Of a DNA stretch of 64,000 nucleotides, positions 37,001 through 46,773 are shown one piece after another. The stretch comes from Oopsacas minuta. Taxonomy: Eukaryota; Animalia; Porifera. Position 1 is the first letter of the stretch. Every line of letters begins with the position of its first letter. The DNA is taken from assembly GCA_024704765.1 (NCBI GenBank), contig JAKMXF010000022.1, forward strand, positions 449,055 to 513,054. Direction: 5' to 3'. A program made the translations under genes and the position numbers. The notes under the pieces are model-generated. The model ran no database searches and was not told the origin of the DNA. It was given only the letters and a program-made list of their open reading frames with translations.

Positions 37001-39386
37001 CATATTATACCTTAACTATGGTATTGCCCTCACTTGTGCTAACGGTCTCTTCCTTTTCGGAGTGGAACTTGGAAAATTCCATCCCGTCTCCTGCACCATC
37101 GTAGCACTATTCCTTCACTACTTTTGGAGTACTGTCTTTTCTTGGAGTCTCTGCAACGCAATACTCATATTTTATAGATTATTCATTGGTGAGTTATATC
37201 TTTGGGGATGCATATTTGATATTTCTAACATTCCCCATTCCCCACTTATAATTTCAAGGAGTAGAGGTTCGTTTCTATCGAAATGAACCCAAATCGACCA
37301 AAATCGACCAAAATTCCCCCACTTATAAAGGTTGTACTACTGTACACATCAAATTTCTCATTTTACAATTTGTCCATATTTAGGTATTTTGAGCAACAGA
37401 AAGATTTGGCCATATCTAGTCTTCTTCGGGTGGTTATCTCCCTTACCTCTGGTAATAATATCAGTTAGCATAAAACAATCTGCTTACAGTAACCATCTAG
37501 CTGGCTATTGCTGGCTTTCAAATGAAGATGGACTCATATGGGCCTTCCTGGGTCCAGTATTCCTCGTATTAATCCTGAATGCAATCATACTCACTACAAG
37601 TGCAATTCGTATTGGCACAGCCAGGAAGAATCTTGACAAAGTAAAACAATTGCGTGTTGCACTATTGAGTGCATTCATTCTAACTCCAGTACTGGGCATG
37701 CCTTGGATCGTATCATTTGCTAAAATAATAACAGTGGGTATAGAAGATGAGCTAGCATTGGCTATACTAGACAGGTTCATAGATTGGGTATTCATTTGTT
37801 TGAATGCTCCAGCAGGAGTGGTATTCTTTATAATCATTTTCAAGAGATTCAGGGAACACCGACAATCACTGAGACAAAAGGGAACAGCCGGAACCATCAG
37901 CGTTACCTCTCCCTCTGCATCAGACTTCAGCAAATTCAGGAAAATACACCAATCCACTTCCGCTGCTGATGCTTCGTTTACTGAAACTACCTCAATAACT
38001 GGTTACAAGATTCGTCATACTAATAGCAATGCATCTATGATTTCCCAGAATTCTAACTCTTGCACCAATCTGATGAAAGGAACTAGTACTAGTACTACGA
38101 GAAATAAATCTCTTTTCGATGACAAAGATAACATTGGTATATACAGCACATTAGATTCAGAATATATGCATGGTTTAAGGCAAAAAAGGACTTTTAGCAC
38201 TCCTAATCGTTCATCACTACATCCAGATCGAGCTTACGAGGTCTCTTCCCTGCGAGATCTCTCCAGGGTGAATAGCAGGGACGGAATCGAAATGGAGACT
38301 ATTCGGGAGAGGAAAGTGAGTAATTCTTGCGATCTTACTTATGATAACCCATACGAGCAGGAGAGTGACAATGTTAAATTAACAGCTGATAATGATGATG
38401 ATGGAACGAAAAATTTCTTTTCCAGAGGGATTGAATTCCTCAATAATTCGTTTAAGACTTTCAGAGATAAGAGTCTAGACACAGAAGCGAACAAATCTTC
38501 AACACCAACCCCCTATACTGAATCAGATAGTAAGTATCACAATATTTACTTGGAACACTTGCACAAGGTAACTGAAAGAACACAATCTAATCCAGAAATG
38601 TCCGTAGAAGATGCTCCTGAACCTACAACTTTGGGTGGTGAAAAAATCCGTAGAAAATCTACCCCCAGCTCATACCGGCTTAGTTGTGAACACACCATTA
38701 AGGTTAATGAGCTGAAACAGTATTTTGATGATACAGCACCTAAATTACCTATTGCAAACCAACAGTTAAGCATTAGTGAGTCTGATAAGGATACTATCCC
38801 TGTGATACAAGAAAATGATAAACCTGAAGTAGGACATCCTCTCATGAAACAATACTCCTCCCCGAAACGAGAACTAAACCCGCTACCGGAACCTGAGAAG
38901 AATGAAATTGAACTATCAATAGATACGAAGCACTCGATTAACTCCCAGGAAGATAATGTCTTCAATCTTCCATCTCCTAAAGCTATATCCACGTTTGAAC
39001 CAATATCCAGTGAACCTCGCCAAAAGATGTCATCTGAAACTGTTTTGAGGAAAACTAATTCTCTCGGCTACATAGGCACAGATGATATAAAGCAGCGCAG
39101 AAGTACTGATGCACTAGGAGAACAAAATATCTCAAAGGTTGGTCACCATGTGAAATGTTTTGAGGATATTATCAGGACTAATAGTGCTGCTACTCAGCCC
39201 GCCCCTCCTCCTAAGAGAGCACATAGCACTGCAAGTATAAACCGAAATAAGATAGATGTTCCATCTTCAATGGCAAGTTTTGATCCAAACATACCGGAAA
39301 TCGCTAGTTTAAACTCTATTGATAATTCGCAATCCGAGCAACACCAAAAGCGATGTAGTGTTGATGACCAGATAACTAACCTTTGA
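19021..39386 (+). CDS. Adhesion GPCR paralogue C: signal peptide, CTLD, 26 FN3, Ig, GAIN/GPS, 7TM, ~510-aa tail (~3998 aa)
   Basis: Exons 19021-19072, 19228-19605, FN3 exons 19669-20001, 20071-20355, 20789-21097, 21167-21472, 21862-22470, 23068-23676, 23753-24064, 24412-24717, 24779-25087, 25157-25462, 26586-27194, 27271-27582, 27818-28123, 28185-28493, 28564-28872, 29179-29490, 29561-29866, 29935-30234, 30309-30617, 30675-30986, 31072-31383, 31482-31787, 31848-32159, then 32353-32978, 33035-33352, 33630-33737, 36675-37188, 37384-39386. Joined length 11997 nt = 3999 codons; ends ITNL. Confidence 0.85.
19773..19790 (+). repeat. Coding CAG/CAA microsatellite (Q6) in the first FN3 domain of gene C
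   Basis: cagcagcaacaacaacaa within WIPPQYPSYTQQQQQQRDEQLTSY. Confidence 0.85.
24102..24370. mobile_element. Different MITE-like element (~269 bp) in the other N-Q intron of gene C
   Basis: Imperfect TIRs CATTGGCGGATCCA / TGGATCTGCTAGTG (11/14 match); GC-richer than the host intron; no clear TSD. Confidence 0.5.
27618..27767. mobile_element. hAT-like MITE (~150 bp) in an N-Q intron of gene C
   Basis: TIRs CAAAGGTGTAGC / GCTTCGCCTCTG; 8-bp flanks TTTAGGGT and TTTAAGGT (7/8 match), consistent with an 8-bp TSD. Confidence 0.62.
33833..36299 (-). CDS. Nested antisense gene: DDR-like single-pass membrane protein (discoidin DS, DS-like, Thr-rich stalk, TM, short tail, no kinase), ~546 aa
   Basis: Exons 36299-35730, 35663-35408, 34647-33833 (GT-AG, phases 0 and 1; 1641 nt in frame). 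Hydrophobic N-terminus. Exon 2 is absent from the ORF track and reads IIETSQPSDPNVTNYVCLRVEFYGC...LLQYIMP...EDSNYTG...GVGVLADG. Exon 3 contains EEYFGW, LLLSEVRIV and a long hydrophobic TM. Confidence 0.8.
34194..34265 (-). repeat. 3 x 24-bp coding tandem repeat (VTMANTTT/I) in the stalk of the nested gene
   Basis: Unit gtagtagtattggccattgtaact repeated three times. Confidence 0.9.
34777..34959 (+). repeat. Dispersed repeat, copy 1 (homologous to 39583-39739)
   Basis: Shared GTTCTAAAATGGTT...CACACCTTT...AATTTGGCAT...ACTCGTAGTGA...TTTCTAATG...TATATTTTCACACCTTTT. Confidence 0.75.
35040..35330 (+). repeat. Degenerate ~120-140-bp tandem repeat (2 units plus a partial) in the nested gene's intron
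   Basis: AGTACGCTGAAT(C/A)CGAATTT(G/C)GCATTTTCAA, TATAAAGTAAACA and GTAGAGAC recur in order. Confidence 0.7.
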
Positions 39387-39582
39387 TCGTCCAATTTTCT
39401 ATCTAGTTGTATTCCCCCTTTGTTGAATTATTTAATCTAGTACCTCAAAACTTGTATATACTGTATCCTGTAGAATTAGTTGATTTATAGGAGTCTTAAT
39501 TGCTGTGATGTAATAGTTAATCTTATCTTATATTTTAATTTGTCGATGAGTAATAATACTATTACATAAGTTTAGTGGCTCA

Positions 39583-39739
39583 GTTCTAAAATGGTTGACT
39601 TAGTATCTATATATGTTTTTGCTCTGCTGTTCACACCTTTAGAGATTAAGACACCAAATTTGGCATGTGTACTCGTAGTGACATCTAGTTGTGCACCTGA
39701 TATTTGAAACTTTTCTAATGTTATATTTTCACACCTTTT
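39583..39739 (+). repeat. Dispersed repeat, copy 2, downstream of gene C
   Basis: Same motifs as 34777-34959 in the same orientation. Confidence 0.75.
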
Positions 39740-40228
39740 GACACCTCTGTATTTTAGCCGAATCAGATTGTAGGGTTTTACATTAGGCTTAAATACATAA
39801 AATTAATTCTGGTGAAATTTGAACCTTTCAATGGATTGTGTAAATTGTGAGAGAATCAACTGATCGCTAAGAATCCATATCTCCTCTGTGTAACTCACAG
39901 ATTAACAATAGTTTTGTTTTAACAACACACGAGTTTGGAGTGCTCTTAGTTTACGCAATGTAATTCAGACATGTTTCCAACTAATAATACTATCAGTTTA
40001 CTAATTTAAAACCCTACAAACAATTCAACACCCGCACACAAGTGCATTTAAGTAATCATTCTTATACCCATAGGCCTAATGATAATATATTACGTCCTAC
40101 TAGCATATACTTATTATTTAGGGAATGTATTCAGAAATAATATTATTTCCAACTATAGCAAACTAATTCAACAATAAATACCATATACGGTAATAATATA
40201 TCCCTAATGATTCCATACAATTTATTTT

Positions 40229-41677
40229 CTAAACTAGAAGTACAGTCTTTAGATCTAAAACCTCTTTATAAGTCTCTGTGAGCGGAGCTACTTCCTGTTT
40301 TAAGAACTTAGTTACTTGTTCTGGAGCCCTGCCTATGAAAGTTGAAGGCTCGAATATTTCACCCAATTTTAGTCTCACAGGAGCAAAGTAAGGTTCGTTC
40401 TGTACTCTCGCTAGAAAGTCATTTTCTTTTCCAGATAATTTTATTTGCATACCTGCCTGGTGTGAGAGCTTACGTATGATCTCGTGACATTTTTGTCTAT
40501 CTCCACCCTGTTTAACCATTTCCGCGATTAAGTTCTCAGAGGCTAGGAAGGGCAGTTCTTCATTAACTCTTTTCTCAATCACTTTATCATACACTACAAT
40601 ACCTTGTACAATAGACTGAAATGTAAGTAACATTCCATCTGCCGTTAGAAAGGCCTCGGCTAAAGAGATTCTACGGTTTGCACTGTCATCTAGAGATCTC
40701 TCTAACCACTGGAGGGACGCTGTCTGAAATCCGTTAGATAAGAGAGCCCCTAAGTGCCGGGAGAGACTACAGCATCGTTCAGAACGCATAGGGTTTCTCT
40801 TGTAAGGCATAGCAGTAGATCCAACTTGATCAGATTCAAAAGGTTCCTCCAGTTCTTTATGCCCGGCCAGCAAACGGATATCAGTACAGATCTTGTGAAT
40901 AGAAGTACCAAGCGAGGCTAGGATGGAGAGTATTTCAAAGTCAATCTTCCTACTGTAGGTTTGTCCAGTTACTGAGAAAGGTTTGCTAAAACCTGCTAAT
41001 TCAGTAATCCTCTGATCTAACAGCTCTACTTTATCATGATCACCATTGAATAGCTTTAGAAAGCTAGCTTGAGTCCCTGTAGTACCCTTTGCACCGCGGA
41101 ACTTAATATTAGCACTAGTGCGAGTCAAGTTTTCCAAATCTAGCACCAAGTCTTGAATCCAAATACACGCTCTCTTACCGACTGTAGTTAGCTGAGCAGG
41201 TTGGAAATGTGTGTAGCCTAGTGTGGGTAATGATTTGTAAGTTTCTGCGAATTTCGCCAAATTGTGTATGCATCTGACCAGCTTTGGTTTGATAATAGCT
41301 AGGCCTTCTTTAATGTTTATTAGGTCACCATTATCACCGACAAAACAAGAAGTTGCCCCCAGATGGATAATTGGAGCTGATTTTGGACAAGCCGCCCCAA
41401 ACGTGTGAATATGTGCCATGACGTCATGCTTCGTTACATTCTCGTGTTTCGCTGCGAGATTAAAATTAATATTATCTAAGTTAGACTCCATTTCGTTGAG
41501 CTGATCTTCACTAATCGATATGCCTAGTTCTCTCTGAGCCTTTGCGAGATAGAACCAGAGTCTTCTCCAAGTGGAAAACTTGTGCTGATCAGAAAATATG
41601 AAGCTCATCTCCTCGCTTGCATATCGTGACGTCAGAGGAGATTGATAAGAGACATATTTGTTCGGATCTTCAGACAT
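40229..41677 (-). CDS. ADSL: Adenylosuccinate lyase, intronless
   Basis: [25 protein letters not shown] and fumarate-lyase signature [14 protein letters not shown] at 41677; the ORF track starts at an upstream TTG. Confidence 0.97.
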   Translation of the reverse strand: MSEDPNKYVSYQSPLTSRYASEEMSFIFSDQHKFSTWRRLWFYLAKAQRELGISISEDQLNEMESNLDNINFNLAAKHENVTKHDVMAHIHTFGAACPKSAPIIHLGATSCFVGDNGDLINIKEGLAIIKPKLVRCIHNLAKFAETYKSLPTLGYTHFQPAQLTTVGKRACIWIQDLVLDLENLTRTSANIKFRGAKGTTGTQASFLKLFNGDHDKVELLDQRITELAGFSKPFSVTGQTYSRKIDFEILSILASLGTSIHKICTDIRLLAGHKELEEPFESDQVGSTAMPYKRNPMRSERCCSLSRHLGALLSNGFQTASLQWLERSLDDSANRRISLAEAFLTADGMLLTFQSIVQGIVVYDKVIEKRVNEELPFLASENLIAEMVKQGGDRQKCHEIIRKLSHQAGMQIKLSGKENDFLARVQNEPYFAPVRLKLGEIFEPSTFIGRAPEQVTKFLKQEVAPLTETYKEVLDLKTVLLV

Positions 41678-41893
41678 CAAAGGTACAATTTTTAACTAAT
41701 CACAAGATAATGAATTACACATCTATCAGTAAATTTCTTTAAACCCTAACCTGGTACATTTTAGAATATACTCTATCGTTCAGGGATTTACCAATTTAAT
41801 GTAAGTCTTCCATTAAATTCTTTAGAATATTGGATATGTACATAAGAGTTATATATAAATTACTTTATTCTACATAATTATCTCCCAGCTGGA
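41678..41893. promoter_or_regulatory. Probable bidirectional promoter between head-to-head ADSL and PLBD2
   Basis: Only 216 nt between divergent start codons; AT-rich with TATATAA-like elements. Inferred from geometry only. Confidence 0.55.
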
Positions 41894-43459
41894 ATGGGAA
41901 AACTATTAGCTTTTACATTCATCCTACTTACAGTGGCTAAAGTCATCAACTCAGAGAAGTTTGAGAATTCAGTGGTTTTAGGCATTTTTACAGAAAAAAT
42001 TAATGAAACCGGATGGTCTTCCCTCACTATTGACACGAAATTCGGGACTTTTAGTGATGAACAGATAGCAAACAATAGCGGCTATGCGGAAGGCTTCCTG
42101 ACAGCAAAATACATTTATTACAACTGGCAGAATACAATGGCAGACCAGTGTAGGAATGGCAGATGCGATAAAATATGGAGCTGGATACAGAAACAACATG
42201 ACTGGGTAGATGCTAATGAGCCTCACTACGAAGGCAACAAGTACTGGCATCAAGTACATTTGATGCATGTACAGATAGCAGGATTGGCTCAGGGATACAA
42301 AGCTAGTGGACAACCTAAACTACCTGATTACGCTTTCGACCTATTACAATTAGCAGAGGAATTCGTGGCTATTGAGGGTAAGATGGGTTCAAAACCTTAC
42401 GGCGTCACAGGACTAGGATCCTGCTCCGCTCTGATTAAAATCTCTGAAGATTATGATGATATTTGGTTTACCCATGATACCTGGGGCAGTTATTTTGAGA
42501 TGTTGAAAATGATGAAACGTTACTACCTCCCATACAGTCTGAACATGCGGAGTGGGGATAAGGTTCCTGGGTCTAACATCACGTTCTCTTCTTATCCAGG
42601 TGTGATACATAGTATTGATGATTTCTACGTCATCAATTCAGGACTAGCAGTGATGGAAACGACTAATACAATTTACAACGGAGAATTGTGGAAGTTTGTA
42701 GAACAGGAATCTATAATGGAGTTTTCTCGAGTTATGATAGCAAACAGATTAGCAGAGTCAGCTGAGGACTGGGTTGAGATTTACAGTCGTTACAATAGCG
42801 GTACATATAACAACCAGTGGATGGTACTCGACTACAATAAATTCTCTCCAGGAAATGTCCGAGACGGGACCTTGTATGTACTTGAACAACTTCCTGGATA
42901 TATTGAGAGACAGGATATGACTTATGTCCTGAGAGAGAAGGGATATTGGGCTAGCTATAACATACCTTTCTTTGCTGAAGTGTACAACCGTAGCGGTACT
43001 CCTAAAATGGCGGATAAGCACGGAGATTGGTTCACACACGAGGGACACCCTCGTGCGAAAATATTTAAGAGGGATCAGGGGAGTGTCAAGGATGTCACGA
43101 GTCTTCTCAAATTGATGCGTTATAACGACTTTATGAATGATCCATTTTCAAAGTGTGAATGCACTCCTAACCATGCTTCGGCTGAAAACGTAATTGCCTC
43201 TCGTAGCGACCTGAACCCAGCTAACGGGACCTATCCAATTCCTCAAGAAGGTCACAGATTACACGGAGCTACTGACACAAAGATAACGAGCTATAAACTG
43301 TTCGCTAAGCATCAAGTAGTAGGAGTGGCAGGTCCTACATGGGATCAACAACCTGTGTTCAAGTGGAGCACCTCTGGATATAAAAGAACACGACCTCTGG
43401 GACACCCTGATGCATTCAAGTTCAATAGCGTAGTGTTCAAAGGCGGTGCTTTCCCTTAA
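41894..43459 (+). CDS. PLBD2: Phospholipase B-like lysosomal Ntn-hydrolase (PLBD2-like), intronless
   Basis: Signal peptide; GSCSALIK autoprocessing Cys; HDTW, FSSYPG, NSGTYNNQWM, YWASYNIPFF and GATDTK motifs. Confidence 0.9.
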   Translation: MGKLLAFTFILLTVAKVINSEKFENSVVLGIFTEKINETGWSSLTIDTKFGTFSDEQIANNSGYAEGFLTAKYIYYNWQNTMADQCRNGRCDKIWSWIQKQHDWVDANEPHYEGNKYWHQVHLMHVQIAGLAQGYKASGQPKLPDYAFDLLQLAEEFVAIEGKMGSKPYGVTGLGSCSALIKISEDYDDIWFTHDTWGSYFEMLKMMKRYYLPYSLNMRSGDKVPGSNITFSSYPGVIHSIDDFYVINSGLAVMETTNTIYNGELWKFVEQESIMEFSRVMIANRLAESAEDWVEIYSRYNSGTYNNQWMVLDYNKFSPGNVRDGTLYVLEQLPGYIERQDMTYVLREKGYWASYNIPFFAEVYNRSGTPKMADKHGDWFTHEGHPRAKIFKRDQGSVKDVTSLLKLMRYNDFMNDPFSKCECTPNHASAENVIASRSDLNPANGTYPIPQEGHRLHGATDTKITSYKLFAKHQVVGVAGPTWDQQPVFKWSTSGYKRTRPLGHPDAFKFNSVVFKGGAFP

Positions 43460-43794
43460 CCCTTGAGATTATTAAGATTAATATACGTGTGTAATTAAGA
43501 ATCTAATTTCGATATTATATATAGAAATAATTTGTAGAGCATACACATTAGGTTTGGTATGTAGTATATACTTTCAGTTCTATAATTTGTTATGGGTAAA
43601 GTTCGAGAGACTATTCTAGAAGCATACAATATTCCTACCTATTGTGAAATTAGGCGTAACTAGAATTGAGGCAGAGAGACTGTTTTCTTTTTCGCTCGCT
43701 ATTTGTGATTATATTGATACAACTATACATCCCTCCCTCCTCGATCTAAGATTTCTAGTCACTCCCCAGTGGATTCACATATTTCCTTACCCGC

Positions 43795-44805
43795 ATGGAA
43801 GGTAACTCAAGCCAAGGTATTTTCTCAATCTTCTTTAACAAATACGCCATACATACCACCTGCATACTGGGTATTGGCATTATTCTGTGTGTACGGAGGT
43901 ATTTCCAGGGAGCTCGTTGTTTGTCTAAAGTTACTCTAAACGGAAAGACAGTAGTAATAACAGGAGCTAATTCTGGTGTTGGGAAGGCTACTGCCGTTGA
44001 GCTAGCTAAAAGAGGAGCTACTCTGGTATTGGGGTGTAGAGAGGTTGAGAAGAGTCAAGAAGCGTTAAAAGAGATTAAGATACAGAGTGGAAGTAATAGG
44101 ATCTATATGAAGAAGTTAGATCTCTCAATTCTCACTTCAGTATACGAATTCTCTAAGGAAATATTGAATGAATTCCCAGAGATTCACATACTAGTCAACA
44201 ATGCAGCTGTCATGTGTCCAAAAGAGATTACAGTTGACAGGTTTGACAAACAATGGAGTGTTAATTACTTGGGACATTTTCTATTAACAAATCTCTTACT
44301 TGAGAGGTTGAAAGCAAGCAGTCCAGCCAGGATAATAAATCTGGGATCAATGATTTACGCTGACAGATTAGATTTCGATGATTTGATGCAAGATACAGAT
44401 TATGATTCTATGCGAGCTTATCAACACACGAAACTAGCTAATTGTTTGTTCACAACACACTTATCAAGTCTCCTCAGAGATTCTGACGTCACTGTTAATA
44501 CAGTCTCGCCTGGTATAGTATGGACACAACTAGGCAGACATAGAGTTAAAGAATATTCCATATTAATGAAAGCATTATTCTGGTGCGTATGTAATATGGT
44601 TCTCAAGAGTCCCTGGTATGGAGCACAAACAGTAGTGTATTGTTGTGTAGCGTCTGAAATTGAGGGAGTGAGTGGACAAATGTTTCGTGAGTGTAAACTC
44701 ATGTCTCTCAAACCTCATGCACAGGATGCAATAGCTGCAGATAAGTTATGGAAAATATCATCTGAACAAGCTAATTTACAGACAATTCTTAACGAAATTC
44801 AATAA
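43795..44805 (+). CDS. Retinol dehydrogenase 11-14-type short-chain dehydrogenase/reductase
   Basis: N-terminal membrane anchor, TGANSGVG Rossmann motif, LVNNA, VNYLGHFLLT, catalytic YQHTK, YGAQT. Confidence 0.92.
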   Translation: MEGNSSQGIFSIFFNKYAIHTTCILGIGIILCVRRYFQGARCLSKVTLNGKTVVITGANSGVGKATAVELAKRGATLVLGCREVEKSQEALKEIKIQSGSNRIYMKKLDLSILTSVYEFSKEILNEFPEIHILVNNAAVMCPKEITVDRFDKQWSVNYLGHFLLTNLLLERLKASSPARIINLGSMIYADRLDFDDLMQDTDYDSMRAYQHTKLANCLFTTHLSSLLRDSDVTVNTVSPGIVWTQLGRHRVKEYSILMKALFWCVCNMVLKSPWYGAQTVVYCCVASEIEGVSGQMFRECKLMSLKPHAQDAIAADKLWKISSEQANLQTILNEIQ

Positions 44806-45045
44806 TAATTAGAAATATTCAAAATTATTGGTAGACCTCTATTATAGTATCTATGTGCGTCTTAACCTCTACAGGGGCATGTGTGTATTTGCCAATATTG
44901 GTTAACTTTGGTCCAATTCATTATTATATACGAGTTTGTCTAACGGCTATGAACACTTTTTTAATAATAATTATATAGATTAGGAATTACAAATTTCATT
45001 CCAAACAAATCTAGTATTTACTATTCTATTGTCCAATTGTGACCT

Positions 45046-45819
45046 ATGGACACATGCACTCAAGAGTTAATACATAACGCGTTCGTTATCAATCAGATAG
45101 ATTGTGGTAAGAGTTATGCGGCAGGACTCGCCATTGACCCTGAAACCTCAAAGATATACATCTCCGATTGGAAAGGTAACTGTGTACATGTGTATGATAA
45201 AGATTTGAAAGAGAACAGTAAATTCAATAATAAAACACCGATAAGGTCTCCTCGTGGTTTGAGGTTTAAAGACGGCATGTTATACGTAGCTGAGAGTAAT
45301 GGGAACATTGATCATTCATGCGTTAAGGTATTCTTAAGAGATGGTACTTTTATCCAAGAAATTGGACATTGGGGTTCACATGAGCAGCAATTCCGACTCT
45401 CTTTAGCTTTGGATGTAGATGAGTATAAAAATATTTATATTTGCGATAGAGGCCATTCTATTATAAAAGTAATGACAAGTGAAGGAAAGTTGCTTAGCAA
45501 ATTTGGAAGAGAGAATTTGAAATGGCCAATTGATATACGCATATATAAAACTTTTATATATGTTCTAGACCATAAGTATACGCATATGTTTGTATTTGAT
45601 CTTGAACACAACTTTGTTACAGAATTCTGTCTACCATCAAGATATACATCAAGCTATTTCGTGATCAATTCAGAAGGTGAAATTATATTCAGTGATAATA
45701 AGAATGGTCGTTTAGTTAAGATCAATGGTTTCCACACTTTAATATATCACACACAACTGCCGCACAATCGAATAGATATTAGTAATAAAGGAATAGAAAT
45801 GGATAGAGAAGAAGAATAG
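45046..45819 (+). CDS. Stand-alone NHL-repeat beta-propeller protein
   Basis: Repeated units GLAID...IYISDW, PRGL...LYVAE, LDVDE..NIYICD..HSIIKV, WPIDI...IYVLD. Confidence 0.75.
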   Translation: MDTCTQELIHNAFVINQIDCGKSYAAGLAIDPETSKIYISDWKGNCVHVYDKDLKENSKFNNKTPIRSPRGLRFKDGMLYVAESNGNIDHSCVKVFLRDGTFIQEIGHWGSHEQQFRLSLALDVDEYKNIYICDRGHSIIKVMTSEGKLLSKFGRENLKWPIDIRIYKTFIYVLDHKYTHMFVFDLEHNFVTEFCLPSRYTSSYFVINSEGEIIFSDNKNGRLVKINGFHTLIYHTQLPHNRIDISNKGIEMDREEE

Positions 45820-45969
45820 TTCATACATATCAAAAAAACATTGTAAGTTATCTCCAAATAATAGAAGATTCTAACTGATTAAAGATACAATATAACGATT
45901 AAGGAATATTTTGTATAATATATAATATTATGTTTGCAAAAATTGTAAATTATAAATTATAAGCACTCT

Positions 45970-46068
45970 TGTAGACTGCGCTTAATCGGAACACCGATTA
46001 ATCGGGAACTCAGCTAAATGGGAAACCTTTGTTTGGAACAAAGTGTCCCAGTTAAACTGAGTTTATTG
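45970..46068. mobile_element. Probable Tc1/mariner-pogo-type MITE remnant
   Basis: Degenerate inverted ends TGTAGACTGCGCTTAA / TTAAACTGAGTTTATTG with internal AATCGG...CCGATT repeats. Confidence 0.4.
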
Positions 46069-46343
46069 CAAATTATAATTTTTAAGTTGTAAACTTTTAT
46101 TTCCCGCAAAAATACTTAATAAACACAAAGCCATCATCTCACGTACTGTCAGGTTTTCTGTACTATGATTCTACAATAATTTATTAGTGAAAACGAATAA
46201 ATTGTTTAAGATTTGATTGCTTTCAACGAATAGCGCAACCAATTAGTACTACGTGAAATTATGTAAATTAACAAGGAAATAGCTATACTCCGACTCTAAA
46301 TGCCACTATAGTTTGATCTTATCAAACATACAAATAAAGTACG

Positions 46344-46425
46344 TACAGTAGAACTCGGATAAGATGTACCAACTCGGGAAACAATACTAGTACGTCTTAA
46401 CCGAAGTATGTCTTATCCGAATATT
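46344..46425. mobile_element. Pogo/Tigger-like terminal fragment
   Basis: TACAGTAGAACTCGGATAAG start; inverted repeat TCGGATAAGATGTAC / GTACGTCTTAACCGA. Similar TACAGTGAACCCCG end near 51757. Confidence 0.45.
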
Positions 46426-46773
46426 TTTCCTATACAACTAGTATAATAATAGAAATCCGTTTTGGAAAAAAGTACATATTAACCGAATTCTGTATGTAAT
46501 ATTTAGTGAAATAAATACGTATAGCACTTTAAAACATGCTCTAAAACTGTAGAAACGCTTCACACACTTGACCATTCTCATGTCAGAGTACGTACTAGCT
46601 AAATTACCTATACCGGTTATACGTATCTCCATCGTTAATAGAGTTACTATTCGTATTACCAATTTATTAATTATTTGTTAAGACAATATAAATTGGAATG
46701 ATAGTTCATTTGATCTCAGCTCTATAAACTAAAGTTAAATAACTACTAATATATTTAGTATGAAAATATTGAA

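Noticed and set aside
46438-46662. 74-aa minus-strand ORF downstream of XPO7
   Set aside because: AT-rich probable 3' UTR sequence with no motifs.
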